From contig CAVTBV010000013.1 in the NCBI GenBank assembly GCA_963733095.1, positions 439,705 to 503,704 of the forward strand: a stretch of 64,000 bases of DNA. The letters are read 5' to 3'. Of this stretch, positions 52,532 through 62,590 are shown in pieces; the first letter of the stretch is position 1, and each line of letters starts with the position of its first letter. The notes under the pieces were generated by a model. That model ran no database searches, was not told the DNA's origin, and worked only from the letters and a program-made list of their open reading frames with translations. Made by a program: the position numbers and the translations under genes. This stretch comes from Candidatus Bathyarchaeota archaeon. Its GTDB lineage: Archaea; Thermoproteota; Bathyarchaeia; Bathyarchaeales; Bathycorpusculaceae.

Positions 52532-55102
52532 ATGCAAAATTTAAAAAATAAAACTATGGCTTTTTTGATTGCAACCATAATGATAACGTCAATGGCGTCA
52601 ATGACGACTTTTTTTGCTAATGCACATACGCCACCAATAACAGTGCCAACATGGGCGTATCTTAGCGTTATGCCTAATCCAATCGGAGTTGGGCAAGAAG
52701 CATTCGTTAATTTCTGGATAGATAAAGCACCTCCAACAGCAGCAACAGTTTATGGTGACAGATGGGGCAACTTTACAGTAACAGTCACAAAGCCAGACGG
52801 AACTACTCAGAAGATGGGACCATACACATCTGACGACACAGGCGGATCACATGATACATACACACCTGACCAACTTGGAAACTATACATTCCAATTTACT
52901 TTCGGAGGACAGACATTAGCTGGAGACAACCCACCACCTTCAGGAAATAATAACGTAATGATTGGTGACTACTACGCACCAAGCACAAGTGAAAAAGTTA
53001 CACTAGTTGTACAACAGGCATCAATCCCATCAGAACCAGTAGCACCCTTACCAACAGGATATTGGCAAAGACCAATTTATGCAGAGAACTTAGATTGGTA
53101 CCAACTTGGCGGAAATTGGCTTGGACTAGCACCGGTAGGATTTACCAGAGTAACTGGTGAATACAACGCAAGCGGAAACTTCAATCCATACACCACAGCA
53201 CCAACAACATCACACATACTTTGGACTAAAGAACTGGCGCCTGGAGGAATTATCGGAGGAGAATTCGGAGGAGACCAATTCGGCAGTGCATATTATTCAA
53301 CATCACAATACGAACCTAAATTCGGCGGAATCATAATTAATGGTGTACTATACTATCAATTATTACCAGGTGCTTCTACTAACCCAGCAGGATGGGAAGC
53401 TTGTGATTTACGAACTGGTCAAGAACTCTGGTTCGCTAATACCACTGAACCTTTGCTATGCGGTCAAGTCTTAAAATACAATTCACCAAACCAATTCGGA
53501 GGACTATCATATCTTTGGACGACACAAACCACCATGAAACCAAATACTGGCACAACTTATGGAATGTATGACGCAATGACAGGTAATTACATACTAAGCA
53601 TAGTCAACGGAACATCATTCAAGCTTACCGAAGACGACTTCGGAAACCTGATTGGCTACTACGTTAACTCCAGCACCGCCAACGCGTATCACGCACCTAC
53701 CTTGAACATGTGGAATTCAACTGAATGCATTATCGATGGAACCAACGGTCAGGCAGCATGGCAGTGGAGACCGACGCAGAATGCTCAAATACCCTTCTCA
53801 TTAGGCTTAGAATGGTCTAAACCAATTGTTACAACGATGAACGACCAACCTATCGACCCCGCCTTAAGTTTGACTCTAGTAGGTTCGGGTGTGGTCCTTA
53901 TGGTTTCAACACCAACAGCCTTAACAGACAATCGTGGAACATGGCAACCAGGATGGCGATGGATTGCAGGATACAGTGCTGCAACGGGCGAATTACTTTG
54001 GGGACCAATGAATGAAACAGAAGTTCCTTATGTGAGACTTGATACCCAAGGCATTTCAGAAGGAATGTGGTTTGAATTCGACCACGAGAACTTGGTATGG
54101 ACAGGACACGACGCAAATACAGGAAAACTACTTTGGACTTCAGAACCTTACAACAGTCCGCCTTGGGCATACTTCATCAATTACGCATCAATCGTAGCTT
54201 ACGGAATGCTATACGCATGTGACTTTGGAGGACAAGTACACGCATACAACATTACAAACGGCAACCTGGTATGGCAATATTCAACAGGTTCCAGCGGTTA
54301 CTCGACTCCCTACGGAATCTGGCCACTCGTCCACGTTGAGGCGGTTGCAGGCGGTGAAGTCTTCCTTTCAGGAGGACACACATATAGTCCACCACTGTTC
54401 CTAGGAGCTAAAGTGTATGCGTTGAATGCTACAACAGGCGATGAAGTCTGGAGTGTTTCAAGCTTTGACGACTCTAACGGCGCAAGTGCAGCAATTGCAG
54501 ACGGAATATTTTTAAAACCAAATGCTTATGACAACCGCCTTTACTCTTTTGGACAAGGATTAACAGCTGTCACAGTGTCAGCACCAAATGTAGCGGTTTC
54601 TATGGGTACTCAGGTAGTCATTACTGGAACAGTCACCGACCAATCTGCAGGACAAACATGTCTTGGTATTCCAGCAAAAGGAACACCAGCAATTTCAGAT
54701 GAAAGTATGTCTGCTTGGATGGAATATCTCTACATGCAACAGCCAAAGCCTGACAACGCAACAGGAGTTCAAGTAACTTTAAGTGTACTTGATTCAAACG
54801 GCAACTTTAGAACCATCGGAACAACAACCAGCAACACAGACGGAACTTTCTCATATGTGTGGGCGCCAGACATCACTGGAAAATATACATTGACAGCAAC
54901 GTTTGCAGGTTCAGGAGCATATTATGGCTCATCAGCATCCATAGCTTTCAATGCAGGCGAATCACCTACACCAGCACCAACACAGGCAAATGTAACATCG
55001 ATGGCTGATCAATACTTTGTTCCCGCAATAGCAGGCCTATTTGTTTTAATCATCATAGTCCTCGCTCTATCAGTGCTGTCGATGCTTAGAAAGCGACCTT
55101 AA
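52532..55102 (+). CDS. PQQ-type beta-propeller surface protein
   Basis: AHTP, PNPIGVGQ, AYNITNG.LVW, ADQYF + TM + RKRP. Confidence 0.93.
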   Translation: MQNLKNKTMAFLIATIMITSMASMTTFFANAHTPPITVPTWAYLSVMPNPIGVGQEAFVNFWIDKAPPTAATVYGDRWGNFTVTVTKPDGTTQKMGPYTSDDTGGSHDTYTPDQLGNYTFQFTFGGQTLAGDNPPPSGNNNVMIGDYYAPSTSEKVTLVVQQASIPSEPVAPLPTGYWQRPIYAENLDWYQLGGNWLGLAPVGFTRVTGEYNASGNFNPYTTAPTTSHILWTKELAPGGIIGGEFGGDQFGSAYYSTSQYEPKFGGIIINGVLYYQLLPGASTNPAGWEACDLRTGQELWFANTTEPLLCGQVLKYNSPNQFGGLSYLWTTQTTMKPNTGTTYGMYDAMTGNYILSIVNGTSFKLTEDDFGNLIGYYVNSSTANAYHAPTLNMWNSTECIIDGTNGQAAWQWRPTQNAQIPFSLGLEWSKPIVTTMNDQPIDPALSLTLVGSGVVLMVSTPTALTDNRGTWQPGWRWIAGYSAATGELLWGPMNETEVPYVRLDTQGISEGMWFEFDHENLVWTGHDANTGKLLWTSEPYNSPPWAYFINYASIVAYGMLYACDFGGQVHAYNITNGNLVWQYSTGSSGYSTPYGIWPLVHVEAVAGGEVFLSGGHTYSPPLFLGAKVYALNATTGDEVWSVSSFDDSNGASAAIADGIFLKPNAYDNRLYSFGQGLTAVTVSAPNVAVSMGTQVVITGTVTDQSAGQTCLGIPAKGTPAISDESMSAWMEYLYMQQPKPDNATGVQVTLSVLDSNGNFRTIGTTTSNTDGTFSYVWAPDITGKYTLTATFAGSGAYYGSSASIAFNAGESPTPAPTQANVTSMADQYFVPAIAGLFVLIIIVLALSVLSMLRKRP

Positions 55103-55267
55103 GAATGTCTACAAAATAAAAACCATCTTTCCCCTTTTTTAGTCCTTTAAAAAACAATGGAGAAAAAATAAGGGCTGAGTAGGCTCTGGTAATCAATTCA
55201 CGAAATAGCTGTATTTCAAAAGAGCTTCTCCATTTGCTCTTTTCTCCTTAAAGCCAGAGTCTCAGCA

Positions 55268-55323
55268 AACCCGTTCCCTAGAGTGACGCGCTAAATAAAA
55301 TAGGAAATAGGAATTTGGTTCTT
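55268..55323. repeat. ~55-bp intergenic repeat, copy 2
   Basis: Matches 31707-31762. Confidence 0.8.
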
Positions 55324-55483
55324 GTAGTTCCGCTTCCTTAAAGAGTATGCATTTTGGTTTTTTAACAAGTTTAATTATTTTTTGCCATTAAAATGTGGAT
55401 TAATAATATTAAATAAGTGCATAAAACTTTTTACAAACAAATAATTATCATTATATTTGAAGATTATACTTCTTTTAGAGGAG

Positions 55484-56086
55484 GTGAATGAGTTAAATAG
55501 AAAAGCCTTAGCAATAGCTTTAGCTTTAGTGATTGTAGCTATCCTGGTAACTCCTCTCATTGGGACTACTCTGGCTAGAAATACAAAATCTACTTACACA
55601 ATTGGCGTGGTTGGTACACCAGGTCCAGCTGACAAGGTGTTTGATACTGGCGACATTCGACACACAAAAGGGGGCACAGGAACCCAAATTGTTTATGGAA
55701 CGCCTTGGGGTGATGGAACCGCTCAGACTTCAAAACAAATCTCTAACATGAATTTAGTTGACTTTACTGGAAAGGGTGTAGCACATACCAAAGACACGTA
55801 TCCTGCAGGAACTATTGAAGGTATCATAAATTTTGAATTGCCAGGAATTGGTCTTTACGTCTATCAAGGACCAACTTTCACATATGACACTCTGACAGTA
55901 AAAGCTGGAGATACATTTATTGGAATATTAATGTCAGGCATCGCAGTAAAAACAGGTAATAGCGGAGATTTGAATGGGGTTCAGATGAGAGGAGACTTCA
56001 GTGGAGTGATATTACTTCCAGGAGTCGGGAACCCTAGTGTGTTAGAGGGCAAAAATCTAGTATGTGAGACTGGTGTATACTGGTAA
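55484..56086 (+). CDS. Secreted Gly/Thr-rich beta protein (start uncertain)
   Basis: NRK + hydrophobic signal peptide. Confidence 0.75.
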   Translation: MNELNRKALAIALALVIVAILVTPLIGTTLARNTKSTYTIGVVGTPGPADKVFDTGDIRHTKGGTGTQIVYGTPWGDGTAQTSKQISNMNLVDFTGKGVAHTKDTYPAGTIEGIINFELPGIGLYVYQGPTFTYDTLTVKAGDTFIGILMSGIAVKTGNSGDLNGVQMRGDFSGVILLPGVGNPSVLEGKNLVCETGVYW

Positions 56087-56197
56087 AACATGTTAAAAGT
56101 GTAACGAAGGATTCATCCCCTTTTTCTTAGTTCTATAAAATAGGTAAGTTGAAGGAGAAAGCAGTCAGTGTAAAAAACTGAATGAAACTAAGGCAAG

Positions 56198-56298
56198 TTG
56201 GTTCTATCCAGGGAGGCAGCTCAAAACATTGGCAGAAAAGAGAAAGCAGGTTAACCAACGTACTTCAACACCTAATAAAGGGACAAGTCAGCGCGCGC
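56198..56298 (+). mobile_element. IS5-like relic (transposase 3' end + TIR)
   Basis: LVLSREAAQNIGRKEKA/PTYFNT* then gggacaagtcagcgcgcgc. Confidence 0.85.
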
Positions 56299-56490
56299 TT
56301 CAAAGTAACACTCAGGGAATTAGACTACATGTATAATCTAACATAGATTTTGTTAAAACTTGGTTCTTTAGATAATTTGATATCTCTCTAACCTATTTAT
56401 GGCTTATCAGTTGCATTTAAATTGAGAAAAATATGTGTCAAAGGTCAATATAAGCTATTGCAAAACAAATAAAAATTAAATAATAAGGAG

Positions 56491-57024
56491 GTGATTGAGT
56501 TAAACAGAAAAATCATAGGTATATGCGTAGTATTCATGATGGTGGCTATGCTTGCAGTTCCAGTAATGGCAGCGCCAGCAACAAAAATTGAAGGTGTCAC
56601 AGCAACAATTGTTTTTACAGAAACAGTAGAATATCGATTTGTTGACCATGATATTATGCAATTAAGAGAAGGCATAACTACTGGAACAGTCTTTCTGAAC
56701 ATTCCTGGACAAGATCTTCTAGTAGGAACCTTGAATAGAGAATGGATTGGCAAGATAAAATTCAGTCAACCAATGCCTGATCCAGCAGCTGAAGGCAATT
56801 TGAATGAACAGCTAGTGTGGACGTTTGAGGGTGTGGGTACAACAGGAACGTTTGAGGGAACAAGGCATACAAAGTTTATTGGTTTTCCAATACCAGCCAT
56901 GTCATATATAGAAATTAGTTATAACCTAAGAGGTACAGGTGATTTTAAGGGGCAAACTCTGAAATTGTCATATCAAGGACCAACACCACCCATTTTTGAA
57001 GGCTACCTGATAATTCCAAACTAA
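56491..57024 (+). CDS. Secreted beta protein (start uncertain)
   Basis: NRK signal peptide; GTFEG, GTGDFKGQTL. Confidence 0.8.
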   Translation: MIELNRKIIGICVVFMMVAMLAVPVMAAPATKIEGVTATIVFTETVEYRFVDHDIMQLREGITTGTVFLNIPGQDLLVGTLNREWIGKIKFSQPMPDPAAEGNLNEQLVWTFEGVGTTGTFEGTRHTKFIGFPIPAMSYIEISYNLRGTGDFKGQTLKLSYQGPTPPIFEGYLIIPN

Positions 57025-57135
57025 CAAAGCAGTGAAACACAAATATTCAATCCAAGTTTGAACCTTTTTCCTCTTTTCTTTCCTCTTCTCTTACGCTCGA
57101 AAAAAGTAAGAAATAGGAGTCTGTTTATTATCGTT

Positions 57136-57350
57136 GGTTTTCCCTAAGCGCCGCTCTTTGCAGTAAGTATAAGGCGGTTCTCGGACCTCTGGATAATTGT
57201 GTCGTTTGCCTTTGTCGGCTCGGTGTTCATGCTTGCGGCTTTTAAAACCCGAAACCGTAAACTCGGCTTCACTAGACAAGATAGAAGCCTCCAAAAAAAG
57301 AAAAAGAGAATTGTGTACGGAGTGGAGACATCACCAAAAAATTGTCGTGC
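57136..57350. repeat. ~215-bp non-coding repeat, copy B
   Basis: Colinear with 35962-36177. Confidence 0.9.
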
Positions 57351-57490
57351 CTATATAGGTGCTTCGTCTTGTTTGATGTTGCATTATTTGATTTTCTAGC
57401 TTGTATTAAACCATTTCCCAACAGCTTGCCCACGAAGATAGAAGTTTTAAAGCTCCCCCCCACATAATATTGAGATATGGTTAAATTGCC

Positions 57491-58741
57491 ATGGCTGCAA
57501 CGGACGAAGTGCTCAAGTTACTGGTAGAATTCATAAACAAAAACTCTAACGTAGTTGATTCCCAATGGGACCGCCGCATGAGCCCAAGACTCCTGTTTAA
57601 CCCCTACTCAGAAAAGTTTGAAGAAAGAAAAGTCGCAGCCCACTACTTTCTGCTTGCCGCCTCAATCCTCGATGATACAATCGTTGGATACCCCGAAAAT
57701 GCCCGTATGCTTCTCGTCTACTTGCATGAAGCCTTTGGCAACGCATTCTTTGAAATCAAAAAGGCTCATCTATTTGAAGAGGAAATCGTAAAAGCAGATT
57801 TCTATCATGACTTAGGACCAAACAAAAAAGCTGCCTCAGAAATTCTTGCACAAATCAACCTCTTCGTTAGGCTTAAAGCTGAACGTAACCTTCTGCAGTA
57901 TGCTCAAAAATTCTCAAAACCAAAAGACCTAATCGAAGACCTCGCCCAAAACATCCCAGCCTTGGCTGGTCCACATAAAGACAAACTATGGATTTACATG
58001 CGGTGGATGGTGCGTCCCCAACCTGACCTACAAATCTACGACCACTTTCTGCCCGAAGATCTCTACGTACCGCTTACCAAAGAGAACGCCAACGTTGCCG
58101 CTAGTTTAGGTGTTATCGGAAATGCATCACCCTCCATCTGGAGAGATGAACAAACTGCTGGCGAAGCAAGACAAAAACTTACATATTTCGCCAAACGCCT
58201 CTTCCCCAAAGACCCTGCGAAAGTAGACTATCCCTTTTTCTTGTTGGGACGTTGGCTTAAACAGAAAACCCTCAACCGCTACACCCTCAAAACCGCCCTC
58301 GATTTCCTCGACCGCATGCAAAAAATCACAGGACAATCCCAATCGTACTACCAAAAGATGAGCCGCTACAAGAGCGGATGGGAAAAAAAGACCGCCCTAA
58401 CATTGCTAAGAATGCATATTCCTTACGGTTATGAAACAATTAGTTTTCCCTTGCCAAACGAAGTGTACACGCCTGACTTCATCTTAGAAAAGACGGTTCA
58501 GGGCAGAAAAATTATTCTCGAGCCGCATTTTGAGATGACAAAAAAGCAAGCGAGAAAGTATTCTTTGTTCAAACGTACCTATGGCCACAAATTTGTTCTA
58601 ATCCTTTTGTTAAAAAACGATTTAATCCCTCTGTACCATCAGCGCAAAATTTTGACAGATGATGTTTGTGATGATGTTTGGCCGATTGAATTCGTTCATC
58701 TGTTGGCAGAGAAGATTAGGCGGGGAACCTACGGCCAATAG
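57491..58741 (+). CDS. DUF2400 (HhH-GPD-like) domain fused to PD-(D/E)XK endonuclease
   Basis: K..IYMRWMVR..PDL, L.VPL, DPAKVDY..F; C-terminal YKSGWE...YE...YTPDF...ILEPH. Confidence 0.85.
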   Translation: MAATDEVLKLLVEFINKNSNVVDSQWDRRMSPRLLFNPYSEKFEERKVAAHYFLLAASILDDTIVGYPENARMLLVYLHEAFGNAFFEIKKAHLFEEEIVKADFYHDLGPNKKAASEILAQINLFVRLKAERNLLQYAQKFSKPKDLIEDLAQNIPALAGPHKDKLWIYMRWMVRPQPDLQIYDHFLPEDLYVPLTKENANVAASLGVIGNASPSIWRDEQTAGEARQKLTYFAKRLFPKDPAKVDYPFFLLGRWLKQKTLNRYTLKTALDFLDRMQKITGQSQSYYQKMSRYKSGWEKKTALTLLRMHIPYGYETISFPLPNEVYTPDFILEKTVQGRKIILEPHFEMTKKQARKYSLFKRTYGHKFVLILLLKNDLIPLYHQRKILTDDVCDDVWPIEFVHLLAEKIRRGTYGQ

Positions 58742-58780
58742 CCTAGTTAATAAAGTGGTGGACCAGTGTGGAGGTGACTT

Positions 58781-59149
58781 GTGATGGCAGAGGATAACTT
58801 CAAACCCTTGGTCGTTTGGCTCATCTTGAACGGTAAACCAGAGAAAGCACTGGACCTTTTAGCAAAAAAATTCAGGGTTAATGTTCCTGACTTAAAAGTT
58901 GGGTTGCCTAAAGGACGTAAAATCACCGCGTACGGCTGCTACACACCAAAAAACCAGACTATCACCGTCCTAAACAGCGACGTATTAGCCAACCCATTCG
59001 TTATACTCCACGAATTCTACCATCACCTACGCAGCAAATCCGTGGACAGAATGCATAAAGGCACTGAGCGAGGAGCTGACCAATTCGCCCTGGAATTCCT
59101 GATGCACTATCAATTAGCTTCAAAAAAAGCCCAAGAGGGCACTCAATAA
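58781..59149 (+). CDS. Zincin-like metallopeptidase
   Basis: VILHEFYHHL...E..AD.FA. Confidence 0.85.
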   Translation: MMAEDNFKPLVVWLILNGKPEKALDLLAKKFRVNVPDLKVGLPKGRKITAYGCYTPKNQTITVLNSDVLANPFVILHEFYHHLRSKSVDRMHKGTERGADQFALEFLMHYQLASKKAQEGTQ

Positions 59150-59562
59150 AAGTCTTCATCATCAAATTCTAAAGCGTCAGTTATTTCTAGAGGCACCTTG
59201 CCACCGTTGGAATCATACGCTGCAATGCAACCTTTCCCCTCAAATGGGGGACCAACTATCATTAGAACTCGCCCAAAAAAATAATTTAAATCCACATGGC
59301 TCGGTGAAATGTTGCCTGACGGATGAGAATGCACTGTTCCAACCAACGAGAAATCACCCGAAAACATGTGGGGGTTAAAGTGGACTTCGCCTTCTTGGTG
59401 GACTGCGAACGGGGCTAGAACCAAATCGGTGATGTTGATGATGTCTTTCTTTTTTTTCCCTCTCAGCAGTAAGAAGCTTTCGCGTGGGTAGAGTTCTTTA
59501 GCGCCTGCGTAGATCGCGTCTAATATGTTGCTTGGGATATACACGGCTCTGGCTGCTGTCAT
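59143..59562 (-). CDS. JAMM/MPN+ (Mov34) metalloprotease
   Basis: YPRE...GTVHSHPSG...PS..D. Confidence 0.9.
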   Translation of the reverse strand: MTAARAVYIPSNILDAIYAGAKELYPRESFLLLRGKKKKDIINITDLVLAPFAVHQEGEVHFNPHMFSGDFSLVGTVHSHPSGNISPSHVDLNYFFGRVLMIVGPPFEGKGCIAAYDSNGGKVPLEITDALEFDDEDFY

Positions 59563-59823
59563 GCAATAACGGTTATGTTTGTGTGTTAAGTACTTTTTCC
59601 CAACAACTCGTTTATCTATAATTCGGTAAACATTTACTCCAATGCCTCGGGCGATAACTCCCTGCCTTCTTTTTCTGTAGCGCTTTGTGTTTGCTTGTTT
59701 TTCAGTATTAATTTGGAGGCTATTATTCTTGAGCACTTGTTATAGTCTGCGTTTTTTGGTGCGTGCGCTGCGCTAGGCAGAGCACGCGATGTTGGTGCTT
59801 GTTGACAACCACAGACAATTATA

Positions 59824-59839
59824 TTCTGATCAATCAGAA
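59824..59839. promoter_or_regulatory. Palindrome TTCTGAT-ca-ATCAGAA between TATA and hsp20 start
   Basis: Perfect 7-bp arms directly after aattatat. Confidence 0.6.
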
Positions 59840-59861
59840 TTGCTTTATTTGGCGAATTTTA

Positions 59862-60425
59862 ATGAGTGAAAATAAAAAACCAGCGAAAGCAGAAGAGACT
59901 CATAAAAAAAATGAAGTGGCAATCACAAAAAAGAATACAGCGGCAATTAGCAAGCCCTCAAAGAAGACATCAACCTTAGCTCCAGTAACTTCTTCGGATC
60001 TTTGGCGAGCATTTGACGACACCTTCGCAAGATTCAGAAATGATTTTGAAGACATCTTATTTCCAGCAAGTTGGGTTGACTCATTTTCTTCTATGCCTGA
60101 AACCAGAGTTCCAGTAGTTGATTTGGAAGATCGAGAAAAAGACTACCTGTTGAAGGCGGAAATGCCCGGCTTTAAAAAAGAAGACATCGAAATCGAAGTG
60201 CAAGACAACCTTGTAGTAATAGCAGGCGAGGTAGGGTGGAAATACGACAAGAAAGAACATGAATACGTATGCAAAGAGCGAGCTTGCAAATCATTTTACA
60301 GAGTGGTCGATTTACCTGAAGAGATAAAAGCAGACGAAGTTACAGCCAACTTATCAGAAGGCGTTTTAGAAGTATTGCTTCCCAAGAAAGCACCAAAACA
60401 AAAACGAAAAGTCTCAATAAAATAA
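59862..60425 (+). CDS. hsp20: Small heat shock protein (alpha-crystallin)
   Basis: PVVDL, AEMPG.KKEDI, F.R...LP, A....GVLEV.LPK. Confidence 0.95.
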   Translation: MSENKKPAKAEETHKKNEVAITKKNTAAISKPSKKTSTLAPVTSSDLWRAFDDTFARFRNDFEDILFPASWVDSFSSMPETRVPVVDLEDREKDYLLKAEMPGFKKEDIEIEVQDNLVVIAGEVGWKYDKKEHEYVCKERACKSFYRVVDLPEEIKADEVTANLSEGVLEVLLPKKAPKQKRKVSIK

Positions 60426-60982
60426 ACAATTTTTCTTTTTTTTAAGGACATTCGATTTGTTTTTAATGCTTCATTCACTTCTGCGGAGTGGTTGTAGTTT
60501 GCTGTTGCGGCTAGGCAGTCACATATCAATTTGTTCTGCTTCCAAATAAAATGGCAAGGGAAGAATGTTGCCAAAATCATCCGTAACCAAGAGAAAGAAA
60601 CAGAAAAAGTAAAATGATTCTTTGCTTGGTCACCCAGAAAACATTGCTTGCGATGCATTGTCTAAATGTTGGTGTGAGTTAGCAGTCAAATAGATTATTA
60701 AAGAATACATACTTCAAAGTTGTTAAGCTCCTTTTGAAAATCTGGTGGATTTGTTCGAAGCAACTGTTTGAAAAGAATACCTCTCTCCAGAGCTTTTGAG
60801 TGTTCTTTGCACTGAACCTATTGTTCTTCCACCGTGGGATCCTATCGGAACATTAGCAAGACGAAACTGAAGAAACGATTAAAATAATTTTCGCGCGTGT
60901 TGTGGGCAAGGGTGCGGATACAATTTGATTCAACTCTCTGGGCAGGTGAGTTTTTAGGGAAGAACACAATAATTTGTTATTC

Positions 60983-61390
60983 ATGCAAATAGGTTATATT
61001 TTTCTGTGTAATAATGCTTCGATGACTGAGTGTATGAGAAATAAACACTTAAGTTGTTCAGGCAAGCAAGTTAAAGTATACAAAGAATTAGAACTGAATA
61101 CAGTCATTTTTTTGCTCAATGATGAAACAAAAACTCTTCTTGGTCCATTCACCGTTGTTCAAGGGCCCGAAGATTTGGAGAAAGGAACATGGTACAGCAG
61201 TGTGGATAAGCATAGCTTTTCCGAAAACATCAAAGTCGAATGGGAAAGACTACATGAACTCAAAAATGCAACGGACAAAATACCTTTCTTGAAAGACACA
61301 AAAGAATGTGCATTAACCGAACTGCAGACTCAGGAACTGCTCTCAACACTAAAGGATGCTCCTTTATACACAGAATCAAAATCTGAGTAA
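60983..61390 (+). CDS. DCD (development and cell death)/EVE-like domain protein
   Basis: GYIFLCNN....EC, IFLLN.....L.GPF. Confidence 0.7.
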   Translation: MQIGYIFLCNNASMTECMRNKHLSCSGKQVKVYKELELNTVIFLLNDETKTLLGPFTVVQGPEDLEKGTWYSSVDKHSFSENIKVEWERLHELKNATDKIPFLKDTKECALTELQTQELLSTLKDAPLYTESKSE

Positions 61391-61631
61391 GCGTGCGCAA
61401 TAGCCTTCGCCGCTTGGATCTTTTTTATCGGTTGGTACCGGAGACCAAAGGGAAAAGTCTTGAACAGATTGAAGGGCACTGGCGAGCAGGCAAGCATCCA
61501 CGTGAAATGCGAGAAAAAATGAAGCGTTAAGCTAGCAACCTTCCAAGATTGAGCAGTAAGTTAAAATAATGCGATAGGCTAAACCATTCGTTAGATTCTA
61601 TTTTGATTAATGTTTTTGGATTGGTGTTTGT

Positions 61632-62132
61632 ATGTCCTTGGAACTTAAGAATTTGTTGAGTACGGTAGCTGTGGAAGATAATGAACGTAAAGAAATGGAG
61701 TTCGTGGAAGGGATAAACCGGTATAAGTCTCTTCTTCTTAGGGTGGCAAAAGTTCAGCCATTTGATATACTGGTTTCGTCTGAGGGAACACAATCGGGAG
61801 ACTTACACCAAAATAAGGTAGATTTGAATGTGCTCGAAAGAGCCCACTTAGTGAAAGGACAAACAAAAGAGACAAATCATAACGTATACCGTCAATACGA
61901 GCTTACCCCAGAAGGCGCTGAATTAGTGGAAAAGCTCTCAAAAGAAACCATGAGCGACAAAGAGCATCATCAGCCCCACACGTTGAGCGTGCCGTCATCT
62001 CAAGAGACACCAAGGAGGGGAGCAGAACCAAACCAGACCCCTTGCCCAGTCTGCGGCAAAACCTTCAAGACCAATTCAGAGATGGAAAGACACAGAGATA
62101 CAACGCACCACGAAACAAAAGGACACGAGTAA
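61632..62132 (+). CDS. wHTH-like protein with C-terminal C2H2 zinc finger
   Basis: YELTPEG; CPVCGKTF....M..H...H. Confidence 0.75.
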   Translation: MSLELKNLLSTVAVEDNERKEMEFVEGINRYKSLLLRVAKVQPFDILVSSEGTQSGDLHQNKVDLNVLERAHLVKGQTKETNHNVYRQYELTPEGAELVEKLSKETMSDKEHHQPHTLSVPSSQETPRRGAEPNQTPCPVCGKTFKTNSEMERHRDTTHHETKGHE

Positions 62133-62136
62133 AAAA

Positions 62137-62466
62137 ATGAGCAGATTAACAATATCTATTCCGGCTAAGTGGGAACAATACCTAAAACAGTTAGCTAACG
62201 ATCATCAAGTTGACTTGAATGGCGTTTTCAGTGAGTTGTGTGAGTGGGCTTTTTCTAATGCTGAAGGCAAAAAACAGTTTAGACTTTGGTTAGACGATGC
62301 TTTTCCTCCAAAAGGTGAAGCTGAAGATAAAGCGCGGGATGCAGGCGCCAGAGAAAGAGCCCGTGAAGAAGAGGCAGAAGAAGAGTTTGAAGAAGAAGCT
62401 CATGAAGACGAAAACTACAATGAGGACATCGCCGGAGAGAACATCAAAGGGGAATTCAAGCCCTAA
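62137..62466 (+). CDS. RHH-like protein with acidic tail
   Basis: RLTISIP...YLKQLA; Glu-rich C-terminus. Confidence 0.7.
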   Translation: MSRLTISIPAKWEQYLKQLANDHQVDLNGVFSELCEWAFSNAEGKKQFRLWLDDAFPPKGEAEDKARDAGARERAREEEAEEEFEEEAHEDENYNEDIAGENIKGEFKP

Positions 62467-62590
62467 ATTGGCGGTCATAGTTCTCTAACCACATGAGTCA
62501 TAGAGCTAAGGTTAATCCGTTGTAGTCTCACTACAGCCACATATCTTTAAGCAAACTGGAACTAACTTTTAGAGTAGAGACTTCAAATAG

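Noticed and set aside
57185-57225. ACAAAGGCAAAC (minus strand) as a c-di-GMP-I riboswitch
   Set aside because: No following GAAA-capped stem or GACGCAAA motif.
58756-58766. tggtggaccag as a tRNA-Val att copy
   Set aside because: Only 11 nt with a mismatch, in a short operon spacer; expected by chance.
59563-59861. Long N-terminal extensions of the JAMM and Hsp20 ORFs
   Set aside because: Family similarity begins at ATG 59562 and ATG 59862; the extensions cover the divergent promoter.
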